Origin: Minisyncoccota bacterium
GTDB taxonomy: Bacteria > Patescibacteriota > Minisyncoccia > Phycocordibacterales > UBA918
DNA: 64,000 bases
Direction of reading: 5' to 3'
Assembly (NCBI GenBank): GCA_041688155.1
Contig: JBDNIW010000003.1
Coordinates: forward strand, 95,397 to 159,396
A model generated the notes under the pieces. The model searched no databases. It saw only the letters and a program-made list of their open reading frames with translations, and was not told the origin of the DNA. The translations under genes and the position numbers were made by a program. The number at the start of each line of letters is the position of its first letter. Position 1 is the first letter of the stretch. Below are positions 37,909 to 47,306 of the stretch, piece by piece.

Positions 37909-38431
37909 GATTGGTTTTATACTCTTCAGGTTCGTTGCCTTTCTGCCAAGTTTTGATCGCGCGGTCGGGGAAGAGGATGCCGTCGAGGTGGTCGTATTCG
38001 TGCTGCATAATCTGGGCGAGGAGGCCACCAGCGCCGCGGCTGTATCGCTGACCACTGTCATCAGTAGCCTCGATGGTGACGTTTTTGTGACGAGCGACGA
38101 TGCCGTACGTGTCAGGGAGCGATAGGCAACCTTCACCCATTTCTTGCATTTTTTTGGACATTTTGGTGAAGCGGGGGTTGATGGCGATGATGGTCGGGAG
38201 GGCGCCCTCGCGGTCTTTGGATTGGTCTTCGATGATGAACACCCGTTTGCTGATGCCGATTTGGGGCGCGGCAATAGCCACCGCGGCATAGCCGTCGACA
38301 TCGTAGGTTTTGATCGCTTGCCTCAGGTCGCGGACGATTTTGGCGACCGTACCATCAGCAAATTCCTCAGCCGAGCATTCCTCCGCCATGGTATGCAAGG
38401 CAGGGTGGTTTTCTGGGACTAGTTTAGCCAT
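37898..38431 (-). CDS. def: peptide deformylase
   Basis: GCLSLP and QHEYDHLDG motifs; start at MAKLVPEN; overlaps fmt by 11 nt. Confidence 0.85.
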   Translation of the reverse strand: MAKLVPENHPALHTMAEECSAEEFADGTVAKIVRDLRQAIKTYDVDGYAAVAIAAPQIGISKRVFIIEDQSKDREGALPTIIAINPRFTKMSKKMQEMGEGCLSLPDTYGIVARHKNVTIEATDDSGQRYSRGAGGLLAQIMQHEYDHLDGILFPDRAIKTWQKGNEPEEYKTNHDK

Positions 38432-38570
38432 AGGTAATGTGTAAAATATACGGTAAAAGGCAGTCATCGTCCAGTAAATACAGGGGTCGAACCCCTGTAT
38501 TTCACCATAAAAGAAAAGGGCCGCGGGTGACGCTGTTTATTTACTGTGGTCAAAGTTAAAATTATACACC

Positions 38571-40466
38571 CTATACAATCCGCTCGGGGTTCACTTCGAT
38601 TTTTACGTATGGTGGTAATGTCCGTAGGCGGTCTAGGGTGGTGATGTACGATGGTTTGTCTTCAGGGTTCAGTCTGATCAGGCCGTGGCGCATGACTTTG
38701 GTCCCGTTGGAGTGGGGGTGGTTGTAGCACTGGATTTGCTCTGCGCGCAAGGCGTTAGTGATGAGTTCCTCGGTCGCGTTGCTGGAATGAATCGTGCCGG
38801 CCCAGGTGAGGAGGATAAATGTGCACACAGGTGGGTACTGCACCATCTGGCGCAAGGCAATCTCGTCGTCATAAAACCGCTCAATCGCCCCACGGGTGGC
38901 GTACTGCAGGAGGTTGTCCGTCTCGGTGCGGGTTTGGACCAAGACTTCTTGGCTGCTGTGCTCGCGCAGGGTCAGTAGCAGGCGAAACAGCGACTCGTCG
39001 GCGCGCCACGTCGGGATACTGCGGGCGGCGTCGAGCGACACTACTGCACTGACCGCGAGGCCTTGTTGCAGGTACGGCAGGACGACCTGGGTGCCGATCA
39101 GCACGCCAGATTGTTTCTTAAAAAACTCGTTGGTTAGTTTGTGGACGTCTTTAGCGGTTTTGGCGATGGACTGGTCGATGACGGTGACGTCGCTGTCGGG
39201 GTATTCGGCTTTCCATTCGTCTGCCACCTGCTGGATCCCAATCCCGCGCTCACGCAGGCGCCAGGAGCCACACTTGGGGCAGGTGTCAGCGGCTTTGACT
39301 TTGCGCCCAGAGGTGCCAGACACAAACCAGCGTTGCTCTTGTTGGTTATCGTCATAGGTCCGCAGCAGGGAATACGTCGTGCCAGAGTCCGGGCAGCGGA
39401 AGATGTGACTGCAGTCGATACAGGCGACGCAGGGCGCGAGTCCGCGCCGAGCCGCAAAGAGAAACACCCGCCCACGAGCTTCGAGCGCTCGTTCGACTGA
39501 TCGTTTGAGTTCTTTGGAAAACAGCACAAACGGCACGTCTGGTTTGGCTTTGTCTTGTTGGTAGATAATCGACAACGGCGCTGGGAATGCCATTCGTTTG
39601 GCGGGCTCATCGTAGGTGGTGTAGCTATCTTCACGGCGTTTATACTCGTCTTCGGTTGCTGGGACAGTGTCACCAAGGATTATCTGGCGGCCGCAGGCCT
39701 TCCCGAACGCTTTGAGTGCTTCGCGATGGTCAAGGTACGGTCGGGTGCGGGCCACATAGTGTGCACTGCCAGAGTGTTCAACAATAATTGTACTGCAGTC
39801 GGACCGCTCGATGTAGGCGTAGGCTGGGGTGGTAATGATTAGTATAGCGGTTGAGGTGTCTTCAATCGCAGTGTACGCCTTATCGCGGGCTGACTTGGTC
39901 ATCATGGGTGAGAGGGTGATAACGCGATTTTTGATGCCGTTGGACATGTGTTTGGCGCAGTTAGCGACGTAGGCGGCAGTGGGGACTACCAGTAATACGG
40001 AATGTTTCTTGGCAAACTGGCTGCGCACGAGCGTCTGGTACGTCAGGTGTCGTTCGTCGGTCCTGGCGGTTAGGAGTTGCGGTACAGTGTCCTCGTTCAT
40101 TTCGCTCGCGCCACTGTCCGGGTACGGGCGGTTGCCATTGCGCACATCAGGCGGTAGGAGTTGGTAGATTATTGATCCCGTGGTGGCTGGGTATTGGTGA
40201 GTGAGGGCTTCGGCCGCAGCTCGAAAAGACGCCGGGAGGGCCCGAGCACCTGGTTGCTGGGGGAGTTTACGTAGGGAAAACGTCGCGGCTTTGAGCGCTG
40301 TTTTGCTCGCATGGGCTGGCCGTACCGCTGTTACGATAGCCGATTGCGTCTTGCCTCTGATTGGTACTTGCACAAAACTCCCAATCGGGTACGGCAAACT
40401 CGAGAAATACGACAACGACTCCAGCATAGTCCCGCGGATGAGTGGAGTGACGATAATGACGTGCAT
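38571..40466 (-). CDS. priA: primosomal protein N-prime (replication restart helicase PriA)
   Basis: 631 aa; superfamily-2 helicase motifs and Cys4 zinc fingers (CVACIDCSH...CPKCGS). Confidence 0.8.
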   Translation of the reverse strand: MHVIIVTPLIRGTMLESLSYFSSLPYPIGSFVQVPIRGKTQSAIVTAVRPAHASKTALKAATFSLRKLPQQPGARALPASFRAAAEALTHQYPATTGSIIYQLLPPDVRNGNRPYPDSGASEMNEDTVPQLLTARTDERHLTYQTLVRSQFAKKHSVLLVVPTAAYVANCAKHMSNGIKNRVITLSPMMTKSARDKAYTAIEDTSTAILIITTPAYAYIERSDCSTIIVEHSGSAHYVARTRPYLDHREALKAFGKACGRQIILGDTVPATEDEYKRREDSYTTYDEPAKRMAFPAPLSIIYQQDKAKPDVPFVLFSKELKRSVERALEARGRVFLFAARRGLAPCVACIDCSHIFRCPDSGTTYSLLRTYDDNQQEQRWFVSGTSGRKVKAADTCPKCGSWRLRERGIGIQQVADEWKAEYPDSDVTVIDQSIAKTAKDVHKLTNEFFKKQSGVLIGTQVVLPYLQQGLAVSAVVSLDAARSIPTWRADESLFRLLLTLREHSSQEVLVQTRTETDNLLQYATRGAIERFYDDEIALRQMVQYPPVCTFILLTWAGTIHSSNATEELITNALRAEQIQCYNHPHSNGTKVMRHGLIRLNPEDKPSYITTLDRLRTLPPYVKIEVNPERIV

Positions 40467-40671
40467 GTTGGGTAGTATAGCAAACTAGAGAAATCTGGCT
40501 TTGTTGGGTGGTTCTGGTTGATTCTGAGTGGTTCGTTGAGCTGCGAAGGTGGGATAAGGAATAACGTGACGGTTTTTTCGGTGGCACACTATTGCAACAC
40601 TCAACTCCGCCGCACTCCTGCAAAACCATTTCCATACATCATTCGACGACCTGCAATAACTTTGGTATAGT

Positions 40672-40905
40672 TTGGTTATGAAAACTCAGACATTAACAGT
40701 CGAATATGACCGCGAGGCCGATGGGCGATGGATAGCAGAAATCCCTAGCGTTCCGGGAGCGATGGCGTATGGTGCCACCAAAGCACAAGCCAGACGACAG
40801 GCGTCGGCAATCGCTTTGCGCACCTTGGCTGACCAAGTTGAGTCTGGTCGCTCACCACGAGTGCTGGCCCACTTTTTTTCTCATGGGACAGTGGCGCACG
40901 GTTAA
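40672..40905 (+). CDS. hicB: type II antitoxin HicB-like (UPF0150 N-domain)
   Basis: 77 aa, LTVEYDREADGRWIAEIPSVPGAMAYGATKAQARRQA. Confidence 0.6.
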   Translation: MVMKTQTLTVEYDREADGRWIAEIPSVPGAMAYGATKAQARRQASAIALRTLADQVESGRSPRVLAHFFSHGTVAHG

Positions 40906-41095
40906 AGCTCGTGCGCTGTTACGTTTACTTGAGGGTATCGGCTGACAGGTTGTACGTCAGCGGGGTTCACACCGTATTTTGACTAGACCGGGCTACCCTA
41001 ATTACACGTTTGCTTTTCATGACAAAGACGAAATTGGTCCTAAAATGTTGTCTCGTGTAGCTAAACACACCGGCTTGCGGCCAGAGGATTTATAG
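40883..41095 (+). pseudogene. hicA: hicA toxin with in-frame TGA at the conserved Trp codon (40943-40945)
   Basis: One frame reads MGQWRTVKARALLRLLEGIG-TGA-QVVRQRGSHRILTRPGYPNYTFAFHDKDEIGPKMLSRVAKHTGLRPEDL; this aligns to HicA LLEkdGWxlvRqkGSH...IL+qaGL with the stop exactly at the W position. Confidence 0.65.
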
Positions 41096-42604
41096 TTAAA
41101 ACTCCTCCAGATAGTCAACTTTTGCTCCCAGGGTGGTTAGGCGCTCAACCAGCTTTTCGTAGCCGCGGTTGATGCTGTAGATGTTGCGCAGGATTGAGGT
41201 GCCGTTGGCGGCGAGCATCCCAATCAGGAGAATGGTGGCAGGGCGCAGCGCCGGTGGGCAGACCAGCTCGGTGGCGGTGAGTTTGGTTGGGCCGGTGATG
41301 TAGATGCGGTGCGGGTCGGCCAATACCGTTTCGCCACCCAGGCGGTCAAGCTCGGTAAAATAGATGGCGCGTTTCTCGTACATCCAGTCGTGGATGAGGG
41401 TTTGGCCGGCCGCCTGGGTGGCGATGACGGCAAAAAACGGCAGGTTATCGGCGTTGATACCAGGGTAGGGCCGGGAGTGGATTTTCTCTAGTGAGGCGGT
41501 GAGTTTGGACGGCATGATGGTGAGGTCGACTAACTTGGTCCGGCCGTTGTGACTGAGGTAGGGTTTGGTTTGTTTGTACTTGAGCCCCATTTTTTGGAGG
41601 ACCAGTAGCTCTAGTTCGAGGAACTCGATGGGGCAGCGTTCGATGGTGATTTTAGAATGAGTAGTTATCGCCGCTGCGATAAAAAACATACTGTCGGTTG
41701 GGTCTTCTGAGAGGGTGTATTCGATTGGTTGGTTGATTTCCTTGATGCCGTGCACGGTGAGGGTGGTGGTGCCGATACCGTCAATCCGTACACCGACGGC
41801 CTCTAGGAACGTGCATAACTCTTGCACCATGTAGTTGGCGCTGCAGTATTTGATAGTGGTCGCCCCGGGTGAAAGGGCGGCGGCGAGGAGGGCATTCTCG
41901 GTTACCGTGTCGCCAGACTCGTAGAGGATGATTTCGGCTGGTTTGCGCGCGGCGTAGGTGATTTTGTAAGCATCTTGCGTCACGTTGATGTCGACACCAA
42001 AATGCTCAAGCGCGTAAAAATGCGGCCGGACGGTCCGGGAGCCGAGTTTGCAACCACCTGACTGGGGCAAGGCAAATTTGTTGAGGTGGTGGATCAGCGG
42101 GCCGATAAACATCACGATGCTGCGGGTGCGCTTGGCCGCGGTTTCATTGATGGCTTTGAGGTCAAACTTTTTGGGTGGGGTGAGGCTGATGGTGCTGCCA
42201 GTCCACTCGATTTTGACCCCGATACTCTCAAGCACTTCGGTCAGGCGGTAGACTTCCTCGATGCGGGGCATCTTGTGGATGGTAGTTTTACCCTTGTTCA
42301 GGAGCGCTGCGCACAGTAGTCCTACGGCGCCGTTTTTACTGGTGTTGGTGACGACCGTGCCAGATAGCTTGTGGCCGCCCTCAATCTGCAGGTTCATGGT
42401 GCCAGGGGAGAGGGTGACGAGGTTTTTGCCCAGCGCCTTACTAATTCTAGCTAGCATTTCGGCTGAGACATTTTGCCGCCCAGACTCCATCCGCGCGACC
42501 GCGCTTTGTGTGCTTTTAATTTTTCCAGCCAAATCAGACTGGGTCAGGCCGGATGATTCACGCAAGTCAGCAATTCGTCCTCCGATGTTCGTTTCAGATT
42601 TCAT
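41096..42604 (-). CDS. murA: XRE-family HTH domain fused to UDP-N-acetylglucosamine 1-carboxyvinyltransferase (MurA)
   Basis: 502 aa; residues 8-60 are a Cro/C1-type HTH (LTQSDLAGKIKSTQSAVARMESG); from MNLQIEGGHKLSGTV onward a full-length MurA including the active Cys (GGCKLGSRTVRPH). Confidence 0.75.
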   Translation of the reverse strand: MKSETNIGGRIADLRESSGLTQSDLAGKIKSTQSAVARMESGRQNVSAEMLARISKALGKNLVTLSPGTMNLQIEGGHKLSGTVVTNTSKNGAVGLLCAALLNKGKTTIHKMPRIEEVYRLTEVLESIGVKIEWTGSTISLTPPKKFDLKAINETAAKRTRSIVMFIGPLIHHLNKFALPQSGGCKLGSRTVRPHFYALEHFGVDINVTQDAYKITYAARKPAEIILYESGDTVTENALLAAALSPGATTIKYCSANYMVQELCTFLEAVGVRIDGIGTTTLTVHGIKEINQPIEYTLSEDPTDSMFFIAAAITTHSKITIERCPIEFLELELLVLQKMGLKYKQTKPYLSHNGRTKLVDLTIMPSKLTASLEKIHSRPYPGINADNLPFFAVIATQAAGQTLIHDWMYEKRAIYFTELDRLGGETVLADPHRIYITGPTKLTATELVCPPALRPATILLIGMLAANGTSILRNIYSINRGYEKLVERLTTLGAKVDYLEEF

Positions 42605-42770
42605 GTGGGTAGTATAGCAGATGCGCTATGTGGGTAGAGGGTTATAAACATTGACAAACATTATTATTTACGTTTAGTTTCTGGGACTGCTTAAAATTTC
42701 AAGCAACTGCCTGGCACCCGAGTGGCTTCTTTTTTTACGTAAACTTGCTACACTGACACCACTTACTTGT

Positions 42771-43790
42771 ATGTCTTTTTTCTCTAACCTTACGCCCAAA
42801 ATCGGCATTGATCTGGGTACCACCAACATTCTGGTATTTGTGCCGGGGCAAGGGATTGTGCTCAACGAACCATCGGTGGTGGCGGTATCAGACGATAATC
42901 GGGTGCTGGCGGTGGGGACTGAGGCTAAACTGATGATTGGCCGGACGCCCGAGAGTATCCGGGCGTATCGGCCCATGCGCGACGGCGTGATTGCGGACTA
43001 CCGCGTGACCGAAGCGATGCTGCGGTACTTTTTGCGCAAATCGATGAGTAAATTTAGTCTGTTCCGGCCGGACGTGATGGTGTCAGTACCAGCCGGGGTC
43101 ACCTCAACCGAGCGTCGCGCCGTGGTTGAAGCCACTATGAAAGCCGGAGCCCGTAACGCGTTTGTGGTCAAGGAACCAATTCTGGCCGCAATTGGGGCTG
43201 GTGTGCCGATTTATGAACCGCAGGGACATATGATCATCGATATCGGTGGTGGCACGATTGACTGTGCGGTGATTAGTCTGGGGGGGATTGTGTCATCCAA
43301 CTCAGTCAAGTGCGCTGGGAACAAAATCGACGCGGCGATTATCGACTACGTCAAAAAGTCGCGGAACCTCGCTATCGGTGAGAAAACCGCTGAGGAAATC
43401 AAAATCGGCGTCGGGTCCGCGTTACCGCTTGAGGAGGAATTGTCGATGGAGATCAACGGGCGCGATATGATTAGTGGCTTGCCGCGGAGGGTGACTATTA
43501 CGAGTAACGAGGTGGTCAAAGCCATCAGCAAGGAATTAAAAGAAATGATTGCTGCCATCAAAACCGTGTTTCAAGAAACTCCACCCGAGCTGTCGTCCGA
43601 CATCATCGACGGTGGCATCATCATGACAGGTGGCACCAGCCAGCTGCGTAATTTTCCTGAGTTGATCCGCAGGCGCACCGGGGTAAAAGCCGCCGTGGCC
43701 GACCAAGCGTTGTTCTGCGTCGCCAAGGGCACCGGGATTGCGCTGGAGCACCTGGACGTCTACAAACGAGCGGTGTTGGCCAAGAAGTAG
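42771..43790 (+). CDS. MreB-like actin homolog (paralog 1)
   Basis: IGIDLGTTNILVFVPGQGIVLNEPSVVAV. Confidence 0.8.
   Translation: MSFFSNLTPKIGIDLGTTNILVFVPGQGIVLNEPSVVAVSDDNRVLAVGTEAKLMIGRTPESIRAYRPMRDGVIADYRVTEAMLRYFLRKSMSKFSLFRPDVMVSVPAGVTSTERRAVVEATMKAGARNAFVVKEPILAAIGAGVPIYEPQGHMIIDIGGGTIDCAVISLGGIVSSNSVKCAGNKIDAAIIDYVKKSRNLAIGEKTAEEIKIGVGSALPLEEELSMEINGRDMISGLPRRVTITSNEVVKAISKELKEMIAAIKTVFQETPPELSSDIIDGGIIMTGGTSQLRNFPELIRRRTGVKAAVADQALFCVAKGTGIALEHLDVYKRAVLAKK
43770..43790. repeat. 21-nt direct repeat copy 1 (end of mreB-like gene incl. stop)
   Basis: GCGGTGTTGGCCAAGAAGTAG repeated at 43942-43962, just before a ParE-like TA cassette. Confidence 0.75.
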
Positions 43791-43830
43791 ATTTTGGTCA
43801 ACTACTTTGTTGTCCGGCATAAAATATTGT

Positions 43831-43852
43831 TCACCGTACACTTGTACGGCTC
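43831..43852. repeat. 22-nt hairpin motif TCACCGTACACTTGTACGGCTC (copy 2)
   Basis: See copy 1 at 21989-22010. Confidence 0.75.
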
Positions 43853-43968
43853 ACATGATTTTACTTGTCCGCCGCGTATTTGAGACAAAATCTACTGCTT
43901 TGCTATCAGGGTAGGATATGTAGAGACTTGAGTCTAAGCGGGCGGTGTTGGCCAAGAAGTAGTTGTTA

Positions 43969-44253
43969 TTACACACGCTCTTGCGCTGTATGGTGAATCG
44001 TAATAATTACTACGGTTGGTTGCGGATCGGTGTCATCTACTCGATAGATGATTTGAAATGGACCAATAAAAACTCGCCGATATTGGTCGCGGAATTGCGC
44101 ACCTCGGTTTGGTAGTAGACTCAGAGACTCACACTTGGATTCTATGGCCTCAATCATTTTGACTGCAGCTGTTGGAGAATCTCCAGCGATGTAGTCGCCA
44201 ATCATAGTTAATTGCGATAGAGCGGCGGACGATAGAATTACTCTAGCGCGCAT
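43969..44253 (-). CDS. type II toxin, ParE/RelE family
   Basis: 94 aa; family-like IYRVDDTDPQPTVVIITIHHTAQ. Confidence 0.6.
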   Translation of the reverse strand: MRARVILSSAALSQLTMIGDYIAGDSPTAAVKMIEAIESKCESLSLLPNRGAQFRDQYRRVFIGPFQIIYRVDDTDPQPTVVIITIHHTAQERV

Positions 44254-44443
44254 AGCGCTGTTTCAGGATTGCAAAGGCTTCAGTTGCGTCTATTGCAGAG
44301 TCGTGTAATAGCGACGCTTCACCAGCGGCGATTTTGCGTTCGATAATCATGGCCTCAATCTGAATTGCGAGTTCTTGCTGGTCTGTTTCGGGTAAGTCAG
44401 CAGCGGAGGTGATGATGGCTGTGAGTTGGTGTTTCATGTCCAA
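44243..44443 (-). CDS. antitoxin (addiction-module component, TIGR02574-like)
   Basis: 66 aa, LPETDQQELAIQIEAMIIERK; overlaps the toxin gene by 11 nt. Confidence 0.5.
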   Translation of the reverse strand: MDMKHQLTAIITSAADLPETDQQELAIQIEAMIIERKIAAGEASLLHDSAIDATEAFAILKQRYAR

Positions 44444-44543
44444 ATTTTAGCATATATGCGCAATGGTTTCAGCTATGTTTGCGGTCGACGACTGACACTT
44501 ACTACTTGGTTTTGTTGTCGGGTGATGTTGTATACTTGCAGTA

Positions 44544-47288
44544 ATGGAAGGAACACCAAAACAATTTGCCAGTCCCCAAGAAGAGGTGGAGTTTTTGCGG
44601 GCGCAGTTGGCAGCGCGGGAGCGGGTAGTGTTGGCGCGGACGCCAGAGCTCGATCCGGCTGAGCGTGAATCGATGGGTCGACAGGAGCTACAGTCGTACA
44701 CCAGTTTTACCCCCAAACTAATTCTGCATCCTGAATACGAATTATCAGGGCAGGCAATGCATGAAGCCGTGGCGACGGTCGAGACAGCTTCTGACCCAGT
44801 GGAGGAGATTTTGCAGATAGCAAAAGAAAAGGGAATCAAAAACGCCTTATCGGTGCTGGCGAGCACTGCAGATGCTTACACCATTGACGAAGTTCATCGG
44901 CGATTGATTGAGCTGATCACTACCGGCGTCAACATCGCAGATATGAAAGAAGGGGTTCCGCCCTGGCACGTGTTGCACATGACGTTGTTTGAGGTCACGT
45001 TGCCAGCTAGTGCTAGCGATGCGCCGCCAGTCCCGCTAGCGGAGCTGGTCGGCACCATGGAGCAATTGCTCGCTGGGCTGCGGACGATTGGATCGATCAA
45101 AAGTGGTAACCACTTTGTGTTTGAAATTGCAGTCGCAAACAACACCGAAGATATCATTTTTTACGTCGCGGTCCCCAATGAATTCACGTCGTTGTTCGAG
45201 AAGCAAACGTTGTCACTATTCCCGCACGCTGAGTTGACCGTCCAGCCGCAGGACTACAACGTGTACATGGCAGACGGCGTGACCCAAATTGCCGAGCTGT
45301 CACTCAAAAAACACCCCATCTACCCGCTCAAAACCGTCGCTGCGTTTGCGACTGATCCACTTGAAGTCGTTCTCAATGCCTTTTCCAAAATCGGCCGTGC
45401 CGAAGGCGCGGCCGTGCAGTTTGCTATCCGCCACCCTCAGGGCAAGTACCTCAAAACCTACCAAGACATCATCAAGCAAGTAGAAAAAGGTCTCAAACCA
45501 AACGAAGCTATCGCGCGTAGTACCACCGGTGGTGCCATTATGGCGGAGGTTGGTGGACTATTTGCTAGCAAAAAATCAGCCGAGGCGCTCGCCAAACCGC
45601 TTGAGGTCGACACGGTCGCCATCGAACTGTTCCGCCAGAAAACCGCCCGCGAGATTGTTGAAGTGACCATCAGAATTGTGGTGTCAGCGGCGGATGCTGC
45701 CCGCGTGCAGCAAGTTTTGTCCGAGCTGGAGTCGGCCTGGCACCAGTTTGATACGGTTGAAGCCAACCAGTTTGTGTTTACCCGCCTCAAGGGCAACAAC
45801 CTCAAGTTGGCTGAGAAAGCGTTCTCTTTTCGTCAGTTTGACCAGCGGAACATCATACCGCTGGCGCTGGACGAACTCGCCACACTGGCTCATTTCCCAG
45901 CTAGTGGCGTGCAGTCAGCCCATCAGTTCAAGCAGTCATACTCACAGACTGTGCCAGCGCCATCAAACATGCCAGACAGTGGGACGCTATTGGGGATCAA
46001 TCGTCACCGCAACGTTGAGAAAGACGTATTCATCAGCGCTGAAGACCGACTGCGGCATTTCTACATCATCGGGCAAACCGGAACCGGTAAGACGACCCTG
46101 ATGAAAAACATGATTGTGCAAGACATCCAGCGTGGGGACGGGGTATGTATGATTGACCCGCACGGGACGGACATCGAGGATGTACTCGGGGCTGTTCCAC
46201 CCGAGCGAGCAGATGATGTGATTTATTTTGATCCGTCGAACCTTGACCACGTGGTGGGGCTCAATATGCTCGAGTATGACTACAGCAAACCCGAGCAAAA
46301 AACCTTTGTCGTCAACGAGTTGTTTTCCATCTTCCAAAAGCTATACGGAGCTAACCCAGAATCCATGGGGCCGATGTTTGAGCAGTATTTCCGCAACGCC
46401 ACCATGCTGGTGATGGAAGACCCAGACAGTGGTAACACCCTGATGGACATAGGTCGGGTACTGTCCGATGCTGCCTACCGCCGGCAGAAACTAGCCAAAG
46501 CGACCAATCCTGTCGTCATTCAGTTTTGGAAAGAGATCGCGGGCAAAGCCGGTGGGGACGCTGCGCTTGAAAACATTGTGCCGTACATCGTCTCCAAATT
46601 CGACGTGTTCACCGCCAACGACTACATGCGACCAATTATCGGCCAGCAGCACAGCGCGTTTGATTTCAGGCAAGTCATGGATCAGAAAAAAATCCTCCTG
46701 GTGAACCTGTCCAAGGGTCGCCTGGGGGAGATTAATGCCAACCTGATTGGGATGATTATCGTGGGCAAACTCCTGATGGCGGCGCTGTCACGGGTTGATG
46801 ATCCTACCAAATCATTCCCACCGTTCTACCTGCACATGGATGAGTTCCAGAACATCTCCACCAACTCTATCTCGGCGATACTGTCCGAGGCGCGCAAGTA
46901 CAAACTCGGTCTGACGATGGCGCACCAGTTCATCGCGCAGCTGCAGCCTGATATCAAAGATGCAGTGTTTGGCAACGTTGGGTCGATGGCGGCGTTCCGG
47001 GTCGGTCCGGAAGACGCGCAGTACCTGGAGCAGCAATACGCGCCGACCATCACCGCAACTGATCTGATGAACGTCCCTAACCGTAACGCATTTCTGCGCG
47101 TGCTCGCCAACGGTACCCCGACGCCACCGTTTAGTATCGGCACACTGGCACCGGCTGAGCCCGATCTGGCCCGAGTCCAGCACATGATCGCCATGAGTGC
47201 GCAAAGATACGGTACACCCCGAGCGCAAATCGAAGCGGACATCGCCGCTCGTTATCATAAACCACCCCGACCAACCATCACGTTATAG
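44544..47288 (+). CDS. VirD4/TraD/TraG-like coupling-protein P-loop ATPase with ~430-aa N-terminal domain of unknown function and no TM anchor
   Basis: 914 aa; Walker A GQTGTGKTT, CMIDPHGTD, Walker B/DEF region FYLHMDEFQN, and RKYKLGLTMAHQFIAQL typical of T4CP/FtsK-like ATPases; the N-terminus is hydrophilic. Confidence 0.65.
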   Translation: MEGTPKQFASPQEEVEFLRAQLAARERVVLARTPELDPAERESMGRQELQSYTSFTPKLILHPEYELSGQAMHEAVATVETASDPVEEILQIAKEKGIKNALSVLASTADAYTIDEVHRRLIELITTGVNIADMKEGVPPWHVLHMTLFEVTLPASASDAPPVPLAELVGTMEQLLAGLRTIGSIKSGNHFVFEIAVANNTEDIIFYVAVPNEFTSLFEKQTLSLFPHAELTVQPQDYNVYMADGVTQIAELSLKKHPIYPLKTVAAFATDPLEVVLNAFSKIGRAEGAAVQFAIRHPQGKYLKTYQDIIKQVEKGLKPNEAIARSTTGGAIMAEVGGLFASKKSAEALAKPLEVDTVAIELFRQKTAREIVEVTIRIVVSAADAARVQQVLSELESAWHQFDTVEANQFVFTRLKGNNLKLAEKAFSFRQFDQRNIIPLALDELATLAHFPASGVQSAHQFKQSYSQTVPAPSNMPDSGTLLGINRHRNVEKDVFISAEDRLRHFYIIGQTGTGKTTLMKNMIVQDIQRGDGVCMIDPHGTDIEDVLGAVPPERADDVIYFDPSNLDHVVGLNMLEYDYSKPEQKTFVVNELFSIFQKLYGANPESMGPMFEQYFRNATMLVMEDPDSGNTLMDIGRVLSDAAYRRQKLAKATNPVVIQFWKEIAGKAGGDAALENIVPYIVSKFDVFTANDYMRPIIGQQHSAFDFRQVMDQKKILLVNLSKGRLGEINANLIGMIIVGKLLMAALSRVDDPTKSFPPFYLHMDEFQNISTNSISAILSEARKYKLGLTMAHQFIAQLQPDIKDAVFGNVGSMAAFRVGPEDAQYLEQQYAPTITATDLMNVPNRNAFLRVLANGTPTPPFSIGTLAPAEPDLARVQHMIAMSAQRYGTPRAQIEADIAARYHKPPRPTITL

Positions 47289-47306
47289 TGGTATACTTTT
47301 TGCAAT

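Noticed and set aside
37909-38301. N-terminal 131 residues of the 429-aa track ORF 37012-38301
   Set aside because: Low-complexity (S/T/P/K-rich) extension that overlaps the well-supported def gene in another frame. fmt starts at the internal MTNKPKPRIAYFGG (ATG 37906-37908).
40943-40945. Alternative genetic code (UGA=Trp code 4 or UGA=Gly code 25) suggested by the in-frame TGA in hicA
   Set aside because: TGA clearly terminates well-supported genes (GH57 ends ...STtga at 9509-9511, for example), and ORF boundaries fit the standard code throughout. A nonsense mutation in a toxin gene is the simpler explanation.
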